Source: a virus (lineage: Duplodnaviria > Heunggongvirae > Uroviricota > Caudoviricetes). From it: a stretch of DNA of 64,000 nt. The DNA is taken from the IMG/VR virus record IMGVR_UViG_3300027710_000009; one strand, given 5' to 3'. The translations under genes were made by a program, and so were the position numbers. This document shows, piece after piece, positions 45,497 through 54,524 of this stretch. The notes under the pieces are model-generated. The model saw only the letters and a list, made by a program, of their open reading frames with translations. It ran no database searches and was not told the DNA's origin. Every line of letters begins with the position of its first letter. The first letter of the stretch is position 1.

Positions 45497-46573
45497 TTAA
45501 AAGGCGTAGTAGTTGAAGGGTTTTTCCTTGTCACGTACCAGCACCAGCTGATCGCCTTTGTGGTTAACAAACACAAACCGGCCTTCGGTTGGATCAACCT
45601 TCTTCAAGTCACGTTGCTTGAACTGCATGTCGTACCAGTCAGCCTCGTCGTTGTCTGGCTCAGGGTCGTAACCGTAGTGCCAGGTCTTCTCGGTCATTGG
45701 GTTGCCCTTCCACTGCACACTGCCTTCCAGCTGACGTTCAGTCAGCGGTTCAGTTGCACCCACAGGCACCACTGCAACCTTGTACAAGCTACCGTCGTCA
45801 AACTCAGGCTTGGCGTTCAGCATCTGCATGGCTTCCTGTGCAGACTCGTTGTAGCGATTCATTTCTTCAACCAAGGCCTTGAGCATGTCAAAGTTGAACT
45901 CAGCAAACAATGAACCCACTGTGCAAACACCATCGATGTTCTTCAGGCTGGCATCCTTGAGATTGTCGTAGCAGTACTCACGAATGAACTCTTGGTCCAA
46001 GCCCTTGAAGTCCAGCATGTAGAAGATACGACCCGGACGATTACGCATGTGTTGGTTCACACGCCATTTGTCGTTGCAGGTGATCAGGAACAGCTTCTTT
46101 GAAGGGAACACACCGTCCAACAGTGTAAGCATTTCTTCCTGCTCATCGCTGTCGTAGACCTTTTCAAACTCGTCGAACAACACCATGCAAGGTTGGCTGA
46201 TGTCTTGTAGCAGGCTGTTGAAAGCCTCACCACGCCAAGGTTGATTGATTAGTAAGGTAGGAATACCTGCTTCTGCACACTTGACAGCCAAGCTCTTGGC
46301 CAGCATGGTCTTGCCTGAACCCTTCTCACCTGTGAGCATGACGCCTGTGCTCACAGCACGATCCTCAAAGGTGTTGAAGATGCGGTCACGATGGCGTAGT
46401 GCATCACCGTAGACCTTGCCCTTGATTTCAAAGCTGTCCACAGTCTCCAAGAAGAAGTTGCCAAACTGATCCTGCTTAACAATGTAGTTGCCAGCAGGTA
46501 GGCTGTCTTTGATGTCCAAGCTGTCCTTGTCAGCAACCTTGTAGGTGTTGCCGCTTTTGATAAAATAGCTCAT
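45497..46573 (-). CDS. AAA+ ATPase
   Basis: Walker A GEKGSGKT, Walker B CMVLFDEFEK, and sensor region ITCND. Start refined to MSYFIK (46573). Confidence 0.7.
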   Translation of the reverse strand: MSYFIKSGNTYKVADKDSLDIKDSLPAGNYIVKQDQFGNFFLETVDSFEIKGKVYGDALRHRDRIFNTFEDRAVSTGVMLTGEKGSGKTMLAKSLAVKCAEAGIPTLLINQPWRGEAFNSLLQDISQPCMVLFDEFEKVYDSDEQEEMLTLLDGVFPSKKLFLITCNDKWRVNQHMRNRPGRIFYMLDFKGLDQEFIREYCYDNLKDASLKNIDGVCTVGSLFAEFNFDMLKALVEEMNRYNESAQEAMQMLNAKPEFDDGSLYKVAVVPVGATEPLTERQLEGSVQWKGNPMTEKTWHYGYDPEPDNDEADWYDMQFKQRDLKKVDPTEGRFVFVNHKGDQLVLVRDKEKPFNYYAF

Positions 46574-46582
46574 TTTGTACTT

Positions 46583-46607
46583 CCAAAAAGTGGGGGACTT
46601 GGCCCCC
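46583..46607 (-). terminator. Hairpin plus U-run between rIIB and the ATPase gene (terminator or attenuator)
   Basis: Minus strand: GGGGGCCAAGUCCCCC-ACUUUUUGG. Confidence 0.4.
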
Positions 46608-46615
46608 GGGTTCAA

Positions 46616-47461
46616 TTACTTGTTGTCAGTCTGTGCGGCCAATGCGGCCTTAACTGCGGCTTCTACTGCAACACGGATCAAGTCAGCAGTTGCGGTATCA
46701 GTTGCGGCTTCCACTTGCACAGGTGCAATAAAAGCTTCGTCTGGGTGTACACCCAATTCACCAATCACTTCGTAGCGGCAAGCACGACCCTTGGCGTTGT
46801 TGTAGTCAGTTGGGATGCTTACAACATCACGTGGGTTGATCTTAAGGATCACTGTGCGGCTATCGTGACCACCAAAGTGTGGCAAGTACTCTTTGGAGCA
46901 GAAGTGCAAGCCTGCGGAACAGGTACGATTTTGGTCGTCGTCCACTTCGTTGCGTTCCATTTCCACGATCTTGCCAGGACTGTTATCCATAGTACCCGAA
47001 TGGCAGTCCAAGAAGTCCTTGCGAACTTTCTTGTAAGCCAAGAAGTAACCGTCTGGAGTCAAAGGCAAGTTGCCCTTTTCCAAGAAGCCGTACAGTTCTG
47101 TCACAGCTCGCTTGGATGGGTTTTGCATCAAGTTCTCCATGAACAAGATCAGTGGCTCCACTGGAAAACCATCTTGATACATTTCAATCAAGCGGCTTGT
47201 GAGCACACCAGCCATTTCACGTTCTTTGTAGAACACTTTGCTACCTTGGATGGCCACATGGCCTGCACCGTATGCCAGGATCTCCTTGGCAGGGTCAACC
47301 ACCTGCTTCACAGTATCCCAGTCATTGTCCTTGATAGCTTGTTTCAGCTTCTCATATCCAATGTGGGTGGATGTTACGGTATGGGGTTGGTTGTCAATGA
47401 TAACAACAATGTTCTTGCCCTGAATCAGATATGGAAATGCCATTTTAAGCCTCTTTGTCAA
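46616..47461 (-). CDS. rIIB: rIIB-like protein
   Basis: 281 aa, immediately downstream of the rIIA-like gene (16-nt overlap). The blocks FMENLMQNPSKRAV, DGYFLAYKKVRKDF, DCHSGTMDNSPGKIVEM, TCSAGLHFCSKEYL and INPRDVVSIPTDYNNAKGRACRYEV recall T4 rIIB. Confidence 0.7.
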   Translation of the reverse strand: MTKRLKMAFPYLIQGKNIVVIIDNQPHTVTSTHIGYEKLKQAIKDNDWDTVKQVVDPAKEILAYGAGHVAIQGSKVFYKEREMAGVLTSRLIEMYQDGFPVEPLILFMENLMQNPSKRAVTELYGFLEKGNLPLTPDGYFLAYKKVRKDFLDCHSGTMDNSPGKIVEMERNEVDDDQNRTCSAGLHFCSKEYLPHFGGHDSRTVILKINPRDVVSIPTDYNNAKGRACRYEVIGELGVHPDEAFIAPVQVEAATDTATADLIRVAVEAAVKAALAAQTDNK

Positions 47462-49625
47462 TCAAGTTAATGTACTGTGCCACTGCCACCGCATTGATGT
47501 CATAGTCACGCAAACTGCTCAGGAGTGGATAGCGATTACGGATGGCAGTCAATTCATCTGTAAGGCTCTGGACAACCGTGTCTACGTCAACTGGTGTTGC
47601 ATAGTCACGGCACAATTTTTCTAAACTGTACTTGTCAACTTTTGCATCGTCAGCGCCTTTGAACTGAGTCAAAAACTTTGAGTATGCACTGTTGGGCGAT
47701 ACCAGTTTGGTAATATCGTTATTGTAGCGGAAATACTTGTTTGCGTCAATCTGTTTCAGCGCACATTGTCGCACAATTTTTGGATCCAATTTTGCCAAAA
47801 CTTCACGGATATGATCCTGCACATTGATCCAGTTCTTTTGGGTTTCAATGAACTTGATGTCCGATTTACGAACACCCAAGATAGCAATACCATGCAAACC
47901 TGGGATGCCTGATTCAGTAACCATGTCACTGAAGTGACGCATGTTTTGTGTGATAGGCGCACCATTTGATATCACAGTAAAGCCACTGAGTGGCAGGTAG
48001 TAGTAGGTTTCGCTGGCATCAAATTGATCAGCTTTGCCTGCATCCTTCCACACCAGCTCACGTTCTTTGTGATAACCACCGTAGCCACGTTGAGCCAAGC
48101 GCAGGATACTTACATTAGAACCCATACCAGCGCCGCCAGTCTTGCGGTCTTTGAGCATGAGCTCACTGGCTACCATGCATTGGGCCGCAGGAGGATTGCG
48201 CAGGTCTGCAAAGAAGCCAATGGTGTCCATGGTCTTGCCTTTCACAGCAGGACTCAAAACGTACACATTACTGGTATGGCTCTTGCTTGGCAATGCCACA
48301 CCCTTGGCTTCGGCATTGCGCCAGTGATACTTGGCACGGCTTAACGCACCAATTTTGGTATCGTTGGTAACAATGATAGTGCTAGGGTCAATGCTGAATT
48401 CCCACTCTTGCTCGTAACTGCTATGACTCTTGTCGTACACACGCATGGGCTTGAGTTCAGAACAGGTAGCACCACCACGACTCTTTTGGAAAGCCAACAC
48501 TTCAATGTTGTACTTGGCGGCCAAGTCTTTGACATCAAATTTGAACGGCACACCACGCATGTAATGAGTGTTGGTAGTGTCAATCAAATCAAAGTTGGTA
48601 TCCTGTGCATACTTTATGGCCGCACTCTTGAACAAGGTTTCGTTGGCCTTCTTCATCAAGAAGTAGGTCTTGTCCCAGTCGTTGGTGATAAGATCTGCTT
48701 CCAGTGCCACGTGAACAGCCAGCTGGGCATTGAGTGCTTCTAGCTTGTTGCGGATAGCGTTGATGGTCTGTGGAATGTAGCTCAAGCCTTCGCGGCTGGC
48801 TTGGAAGTCCAGTTCGCCAATGTCAAAGTGCATTTCCAAGCCACAGTTCAAGATCTTGTAGAGATCGCCTAGTGCAGATTCTGCATTAGGCACATCAATT
48901 GGATAGGCAATATTGCCCATCACAGCACGGCTGGAACGACTGTCAGTGTAATGCACACCTGGAATGATGTTCTTTTCTTTGTACTCAACGTCACGGAACT
49001 TGAAGTCGCCCTCACCGCCTGATACCACAGGGCGCAGGGCAAAGTAGGTGTACACATGACGAGCTTCGTCTTCAAACTTGTAGAAGTCGCTACGGCTGTC
49101 TACTGCAAACTTGACTTCAACACCTGCAGGTTGGTCAGTAGGCTCTGAGTGCATGAGCACGATGCTGGGCACACCTTCACCATTGATGAACGCACTGTAC
49201 ACACCGCGGGTGCCATCTTTGATAGCAGTCACAGTGAAATTGTCTGTGTAGGAGAAGGGGCTCTTGGAACCCAAGCCCAGGGCACCAATGAACGCATTGG
49301 ATTCAGTCTTGGTTGACTCAAAGTAAGTGGTGTAGATGCTTTGCACTTGTTCGTGAGTAAGGCCAGTGCCGTAGTCACGAATTGAAAAAGTAGGGTCAAT
49401 CACATTGGGCAAGTGTACGTCAAAAGGCACATGACTACGGCCAGCGGCTGTATGTGAGTCTACTGCATTGCAAGAGAGTTCACGCACAATAGCACGGATC
49501 TTGTTTGCGTACAAGCCAGAGGAAAGAATGTTGAAGGCCTTGGCAGAATTGCGAATACGGAACTCGCCAATTTCGCCTACGTTTGACAGAACAGCTTCGT
49601 GGGCTGGTGCATTGTTGATGATCAA
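47445..49625 (-). CDS. rIIA: rIIA-like protein with N-terminal GHKL (HATPase_c) ATPase domain
   Basis: 726 aa, the same size as T4 rIIA. N-box RELSCNAVDS, G1 IRDYGTGLT, G2 GALGLGSKS. Adjacent to rIIB. Confidence 0.7.
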   Translation of the reverse strand: MIINNAPAHEAVLSNVGEIGEFRIRNSAKAFNILSSGLYANKIRAIVRELSCNAVDSHTAAGRSHVPFDVHLPNVIDPTFSIRDYGTGLTHEQVQSIYTTYFESTKTESNAFIGALGLGSKSPFSYTDNFTVTAIKDGTRGVYSAFINGEGVPSIVLMHSEPTDQPAGVEVKFAVDSRSDFYKFEDEARHVYTYFALRPVVSGGEGDFKFRDVEYKEKNIIPGVHYTDSRSSRAVMGNIAYPIDVPNAESALGDLYKILNCGLEMHFDIGELDFQASREGLSYIPQTINAIRNKLEALNAQLAVHVALEADLITNDWDKTYFLMKKANETLFKSAAIKYAQDTNFDLIDTTNTHYMRGVPFKFDVKDLAAKYNIEVLAFQKSRGGATCSELKPMRVYDKSHSSYEQEWEFSIDPSTIIVTNDTKIGALSRAKYHWRNAEAKGVALPSKSHTSNVYVLSPAVKGKTMDTIGFFADLRNPPAAQCMVASELMLKDRKTGGAGMGSNVSILRLAQRGYGGYHKERELVWKDAGKADQFDASETYYYLPLSGFTVISNGAPITQNMRHFSDMVTESGIPGLHGIAILGVRKSDIKFIETQKNWINVQDHIREVLAKLDPKIVRQCALKQIDANKYFRYNNDITKLVSPNSAYSKFLTQFKGADDAKVDKYSLEKLCRDYATPVDVDTVVQSLTDELTAIRNRYPLLSSLRDYDINAVAVAQYINLIDKEA

Positions 49626-49655
49626 TTCAAACTCCTTTTTACTTAATATGCCACT

Positions 49656-49684
49656 AGTATAGCAAAATGGGCCATTTGGGTCAA
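49656..49684 (-). promoter_or_regulatory. Sigma70 early promoter, cassette copy (upstream of rIIA)
   Basis: Minus strand: TTGACCCAAATGGCCCATTTTGCTATACT. Nearly identical to the copy at 45381. Confidence 0.55.
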
Positions 49685-49706
49685 CCGTTTATTTGTTGTA
49701 AAAATG

Positions 49707-49952
49707 CTACAAATATCCACGGTCAAAGTTGGCATGCACAGCATACCACTGGAAAAATATGGGTTCATATTCTGCCCAATTGCACACTGCCCATTCTTCT
49801 TCACGCTCGGCCTGCCAGGGTTTGAGAGCGTTGCTCAGCAGGGCCACCACGAGCTTCTTGTTGTGCCGTGTGGCCTGGCCCTTGGCAGAACTTTCCTTGT
49901 CGTACATGCCAATCAGTTGACCTGACCCTTTTTTATAAACTACAAATCGCAT
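49707..49952 (-). CDS. Hypothetical protein
   Basis: ORF. Confidence 0.3.
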   Translation of the reverse strand: MRFVVYKKGSGQLIGMYDKESSAKGQATRHNKKLVVALLSNALKPWQAEREEEWAVCNWAEYEPIFFQWYAVHANFDRGYL

Positions 49953-50348
49953 CTACCAACTCGAATTATAAAACACCCGCATGCCTTGTGTGAGCTCGGA
50001 GCGAGCTGTTCGAATAAACTCCAGATCTTGAGCTTGGTAGTAGTCATCCGAATCATTGCCAAAGAAAAAGCCTGAAGTACCGGGCAGTTCTTTGTGCTTG
50101 ACCACATATTCCAGCCTATCCAAATCTTCAAAGGTCAATTCCAGCTCATCACCGTTGAAGTCACTGTTGTGACCACGTTCGTTCCAGAGCTTGTGCATCC
50201 AACCATGCAGGTTAGGATGCTTGCGCCAGTAGGCAATCTCACGAGGCTTTTCTACAGGACCCGAATCTGAGTCGTAGTCATAGCTTTCGTAGTAGTCTCT
50301 CATTTGGCCTTCTTTCTTGGCCACGTATGCGTACATGTCTAATCCCAT
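49953..50348 (-). CDS. Hypothetical acidic protein
   Basis: ORF. Confidence 0.4.
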   Translation of the reverse strand: MGLDMYAYVAKKEGQMRDYYESYDYDSDSGPVEKPREIAYWRKHPNLHGWMHKLWNERGHNSDFNGDELELTFEDLDRLEYVVKHKELPGTSGFFFGNDSDDYYQAQDLEFIRTARSELTQGMRVFYNSSW

Positions 50349-50350
50349 GT

Positions 50351-50635
50351 TTAATCTCCTGAATCAATTTGATAACGATCACCACAATGCACACACTGGT
50401 AGTTGGTCAAGCATCGACCAGCGTTGCTACTTTCATAAACGTGAACACAGGGTTGACCACTGTGATCCACATTCACCACGCCACTAGGGCGTCCCCACAT
50501 GTACTGTCCGCCACAGTTCTGACAGGGCAGAGTATCTGTATCTGCATCATAGCCAGCCATCACGTTCTTGTAACGGTTGTTGGTAGCAGACACACGCCCG
50601 CTACCACTGCACACAGGACAGGGTCCTTTTTCCAT
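50351..50635 (-). CDS. Cys-rich zinc-ribbon protein (~95 aa)
   Basis: Internal start MEKGPCPVCSGSG with an AAGGAA RBS, and three CxxC pairs. The longer track ORF overlaps the next gene and is rejected. Confidence 0.45.
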   Translation of the reverse strand: MEKGPCPVCSGSGRVSATNNRYKNVMAGYDADTDTLPCQNCGGQYMWGRPSGVVNVDHSGQPCVHVYESSNAGRCLTNYQCVHCGDRYQIDSGD

Positions 50636-50646
50636 TTTCAATTCCT

Positions 50647-51096
50647 TTACAACAAAAACACAGTCATAATTCCACAGTACAAGGCTAGACCACCTATGCT
50701 GGAGAATGCCACTTTCCAATCCTGCTGACTGGGCCACACTTGACTCAAAATAGAAGCCATGACCCAGGTCCAGAACACACCTGCCACAGAAAACTCCTTG
50801 GGCACTGAGCCTGCAATGAACAGCACAACAAACACACCCAGCAACGGAGCTAGTCCTGTGGGCAAGGCATTGTACCATTGAATGTTTGCAAAATTCACAT
50901 AGCCCATGGTCTGGCCTGATGTTTCTCTGGCTTCGGGCCACACACTGATCTTGGTTGGTCGTGCAAACAACACCAAGCCTGTTATGTAGTGCAACAGCTC
51001 GTGGACCACTGTACCGGGCCAACTCAGGATCCAGAACACATCACTTTCTTTACTACGGCGTATCACAAACGCAAGTATCAGAACAGCTAACAGCAT
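50647..51096 (-). CDS. Polytopic membrane protein with an HExxH motif in a transmembrane segment
   Basis: VVHELLHYITG sits within a hydrophobic segment. Three to four predicted transmembrane helices. Confidence 0.45.
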   Translation of the reverse strand: MLLAVLILAFVIRRSKESDVFWILSWPGTVVHELLHYITGLVLFARPTKISVWPEARETSGQTMGYVNFANIQWYNALPTGLAPLLGVFVVLFIAGSVPKEFSVAGVFWTWVMASILSQVWPSQQDWKVAFSSIGGLALYCGIMTVFLL

Positions 51097-51097
51097 G

Positions 51098-51376
51098 TCA
51101 ACTCCTTACAATCAATCCCACAATATAAATCAACAAGAGCCCTGCGTTAATTGTAACCAGGCTCCACTCACGAATACGCACACTCCATACCAGGTACAGT
51201 AATGCACCAAGATTCAACAACCAGATGTTGAGTGGATCAATCTGCAGGCTTGTGCAAAGCGCACCTGCCAGGGTCACTGCACAGGCTATCCATTTTAATA
51301 TTGTGTCAGTCAAGCGCCACACCTTTGTCAACTTTCTTACCTGTCCAATGAGCCATTGTAACACAGACTCCTTCAT
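51098..51376 (-). CDS. Hypothetical membrane protein
   Basis: Hydrophobic ORF. Confidence 0.35.
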   Translation of the reverse strand: MKESVLQWLIGQVRKLTKVWRLTDTILKWIACAVTLAGALCTSLQIDPLNIWLLNLGALLYLVWSVRIREWSLVTINAGLLLIYIVGLIVRS

Positions 51377-51665
51377 GTTTTATACCAAACGGTGAATTCA
51401 GTACCGGCAACTGGGTCCGAACTGCTTCGCAATCCTTGCGAGTTTTGAATTCTATCTCTCGCTTGGCAATAAAGTCGCCTGACGGAGCCGACATTGCAAT
51501 AACCAGTACCCATGCATTCATATTAGATTCCAGTATGGAAAGGGTTACGACGACGGAGGTGTGCAAGTGCAGATTCTTTGCTGTCAAAGCGACCCGAGAT
51601 GGGTGTCTGGTGTGCGCCACGCACAATGTACCAACCACCCAATAGACCGTTGTAAACCACTTTCA

Positions 51666-51947
51666 TTATGCAGACTCCAACATGTTGGCAGGCACTTTCC
51701 ACAAGCCTTGCTGAGTAGCCACTGTGACATACTTGATAGCAACCTTGCTCACAGTACCAGTCATTGTGATGCCACGTTTGGTGCTGTGAAACTTCACTGC
51801 ATCACCTTTGGTGAACTCGCGAATCTTTGTTGCACGAAGCTGGGCACGAGCATAGTTCACAGCATCACTGATGCTGGTCAGCTGTTCGTTTGTAAAATTG
51901 CTGAACATGATAGAAGTGTTAACTTCTTGAATTGTTGCGTAGGACAT
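51666..51947 (-). CDS. Hypothetical protein
   Basis: ORF directly downstream of a promoter cassette. Confidence 0.4.
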   Translation of the reverse strand: MSYATIQEVNTSIMFSNFTNEQLTSISDAVNYARAQLRATKIREFTKGDAVKFHSTKRGITMTGTVSKVAIKYVTVATQQGLWKVPANMLESA

Positions 51948-51976
51948 TTTGGCTCCTTTTGTTTAACTTAGCCTCT

Positions 51977-52005
51977 AGTATAGCAAAACGGGTAGAAATG
52001 GTCAA
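51977..52005 (-). promoter_or_regulatory. Sigma70 early promoter, cassette copy
   Basis: Minus strand: TTGACCATTTCTACCCGTTTTGCTATACT. Confidence 0.55.
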
Positions 52006-52030
52006 CCGTTTTTTGTTGCAAAAAAGCCAC

Positions 52031-52058
52031 AAAAAAACCCCTGTAAAAACAAGGGTTT
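52031..52058 (-). terminator. Intrinsic terminator (AAACCC...GGGTTT hairpin with a T-run on the minus strand)
   Basis: Minus strand: AAACCCUUGUUUUUACAGGGGUUUUUUUGUGGCUUUUUU. Confidence 0.45.
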
Positions 52059-52081
52059 AGCGGTAATACTTGTATATTACA

Positions 52082-53236
52082 TTAGTGGAACATTAAGAAA
52101 CTGTTGATCACGTCCAGTCTGTTGGCAGCACGGTCTCCGTGTCCAGCTGGAAAAATCACCACGTTCCATTTGGGTTTGGGTCCTTCTGGAATGGTCAACA
52201 TCTGATCATAGGTAATGATGGTGTTGGGATCCACGTTGTGCATGGAACCAAGTTTTTGTTTGAATTCATCCCAGGCTTCGGGGCTGGCAATTTGTGTGCG
52301 ACCTTTTTCGTCTTTCACATACTTGCCTTTGGCATCAGTCACAAACAAAGTACGGAACATGTCTTTGGGCACAGTGATTGCATCCTTGACCACGTTGCCG
52401 GCTTGTTTGTGTACAGCCACTTTCTTGACTTCGCGACTTTGAGATCCTGAGCTGAAGTTCACAATAAAGTTGGCAGGTTTGCTGCCTGTGGCCACATCAC
52501 CCATCTTGGTGTAGGCATAGAACTTCACATCAGGATTACCATTGGCCACACCATATGCAAGATCTAAGTATTCTTTGGAGAAGAAGTCACCGGCATCATG
52601 CCAGCGTACTACCAGTCTAATACCATGCTTGTCTGTTTTACCTTTGAGTGCTTTGACTTCACGATCTACCATGGCCATGTATCCTTTGGGATCATTGACC
52701 AAGAAGTTCAGTGCTTGTGCCGCGCTCATTGAGCTGGCAGGGAACATCACATAACCACCTTTTCTAGCGTAACAAAACAACTGGCATTCGCCTGCACCTG
52801 GACAGGTCTTGATTTCCACAAAGTCGCCGTTCTCTTCATCCACCACTATGCCTGAAAGTGCTGGTAGCGTAAGGTCATAAATGATTTCGCCTTCAGTAGC
52901 ACTCTTTTCCATTTTAGCATTGGTGCCAAGAATTTTACTAGGGCGTTTCATAATCTGTTGGGCTAGATCATCTAGATCCCATTTGTCGTCTGGATTGTCG
53001 CTTTGTGTGATAGCTTTGATGTTGCTACCATGAACAATTGGTGAAAACCTGTCACGCTTGGTCTTGGTGCCAGTTTTGATACGGTCAGCGTAGCCTTGTA
53101 ATTCGTCACGTGGCATAACACGACTGGGTGCATTGAGTTTGAGTGCTTCTTCAACGTCCTGGTCCTCAATGTCTAGGGGTTGGACTTGAAATCCTCCAAG
53201 TGTACGTGCTTCTGTTACAAGTTCTGTGTATCTCAT
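52082..53236 (-). CDS. Hypothetical protein (384 aa), N-terminus MRYTELVT
   Basis: ORF. The N-terminus is paralogous to the gene upstream of it. Confidence 0.45.
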   Translation of the reverse strand: MRYTELVTEARTLGGFQVQPLDIEDQDVEEALKLNAPSRVMPRDELQGYADRIKTGTKTKRDRFSPIVHGSNIKAITQSDNPDDKWDLDDLAQQIMKRPSKILGTNAKMEKSATEGEIIYDLTLPALSGIVVDEENGDFVEIKTCPGAGECQLFCYARKGGYVMFPASSMSAAQALNFLVNDPKGYMAMVDREVKALKGKTDKHGIRLVVRWHDAGDFFSKEYLDLAYGVANGNPDVKFYAYTKMGDVATGSKPANFIVNFSSGSQSREVKKVAVHKQAGNVVKDAITVPKDMFRTLFVTDAKGKYVKDEKGRTQIASPEAWDEFKQKLGSMHNVDPNTIITYDQMLTIPEGPKPKWNVVIFPAGHGDRAANRLDVINSFLMFH

Positions 53237-54174
53237 TTTCTTTTTGCCTTTGCTCTGCCGCTTTTCATATTGGCCATCCAGTGTGCTAGTTGCCCTTTAC
53301 GGCCGCCCTGCTTGGCTACTTTTCTTAATGTACTTATGCTTGCTTTGGTTGGTACACCATGACGTTTTGAGTCGCCTTTGTCCTGTGGGTTTTTGCCATC
53401 GTGGAAGTTTTCTGCTATACCTTGTGCTCTAGTCAGTTGATATATAACCACATCGCCTTCGTCACTGTGTTGAGACTGATAACCCCAGGCACCAGCATAT
53501 CGTTGTACCAGTCTAGTGTATAACTTGGCACGGCTTTCAGGATTGAATCGTTCAACGTCGTCTGCGTCCATGTCCACTGATTTGCTTGCCGAGAAACTTA
53601 GTTGTTGTGGTTTGTATTTTTTAATGTATTTTTGTATAGCATCTAGCACGGTGGCGAAAATGCGCTGTGCATCGCCCTCACCGGTAACTTCCTGGCTGTT
53701 GTTTCTGTGGAACTCAACATGAATGACTTCTTCGCCTTCTCCGTCATATTCTTGATTGAACATGATGTTGAGATATGTGCCGTCGGGTAATTTTGCGTTT
53801 ACATCAATGTCGCCATAGTCTGACTTTTCCCACTTGCCTTTGTAAGGGTTGTCAAAGGCTTCGTTTAGACCAAAGCCTTCACGCACAGCATTCATTAGTT
53901 CACTCACACTGGCTTCTGTGTTGGGCAAGCTGTCTTGTTCGCCAATGTATGGATCACCTTCTTCTACTGTTCCGAGGGCATAGGTAAACATATCATTACC
54001 CCTATTATCGATAATAACCATGTACCATTCGTCGTCTATCTGTCCTTTGGTGCTGAACATAAAGGCTCCGTCGTCTCGACGTTGGCCTTTCCAGCCCATA
54101 GCTTTCATTGCGCCGTTGACTTTGCCAACAACTTCGGGCCATGGTAATGTAGTGACTAGCTCACGATATCTCAT
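53233..54174 (-). CDS. Hypothetical protein (313 aa), N-terminus MRYRELVT
   Basis: ORF with a Lys/Arg-rich C-terminal tail. Confidence 0.45.
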   Translation of the reverse strand: MRYRELVTTLPWPEVVGKVNGAMKAMGWKGQRRDDGAFMFSTKGQIDDEWYMVIIDNRGNDMFTYALGTVEEGDPYIGEQDSLPNTEASVSELMNAVREGFGLNEAFDNPYKGKWEKSDYGDIDVNAKLPDGTYLNIMFNQEYDGEGEEVIHVEFHRNNSQEVTGEGDAQRIFATVLDAIQKYIKKYKPQQLSFSASKSVDMDADDVERFNPESRAKLYTRLVQRYAGAWGYQSQHSDEGDVVIYQLTRAQGIAENFHDGKNPQDKGDSKRHGVPTKASISTLRKVAKQGGRKGQLAHWMANMKSGRAKAKRK

Positions 54175-54524
54175 TGTATGATCTCCGGATGAGATCTTAC
54201 ATAGATCTTTACAATCATGCCAGCCGCCATGTCTGCTTGGCTTTCTACATCTGCTAGGTCAGCCTTGGTGCCGTCCTGACCTTGTTTGTGATGCGCTAGT
54301 TCATGCGCAATAGTACGCATGATATCAATCAAGTTACGGTTGCCAGTGTAGATCCAAAGTTTGTTGGTACCAGGATTGTAGTAGCCAGTACGAACTTGAT
54401 CAGCGCCTTCTTTTTGTTGGGCATATTCAATCTCAGGCATGCTGCCTGTGATATGTAATTTTTCAAATACAAACTTGATAAAGTCCTGTATCTGGTCATT
54501 GTGAGCAAATTCAATTGACTTCAT
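54171..54524 (-). CDS. Small HExxH zinc-metallopeptidase-like protein
   Basis: IAHELAHHKQ. Translationally coupled to the upstream genes. Confidence 0.5.
   Translation of the reverse strand: MKSIEFAHNDQIQDFIKFVFEKLHITGSMPEIEYAQQKEGADQVRTGYYNPGTNKLWIYTGNRNLIDIMRTIAHELAHHKQGQDGTKADLADVESQADMAAGMIVKIYVRSHPEIIQ

Noticed and set aside
50351-51022. The 223-aa minus-strand ORF
   Set aside because: Its N-terminal 130 aa overlap, out of frame, the well-formed membrane-protein gene 50647-51096. An internal ATG with an AAGGAA RBS gives a compact 95-aa Cys-rich protein (50351-50635).
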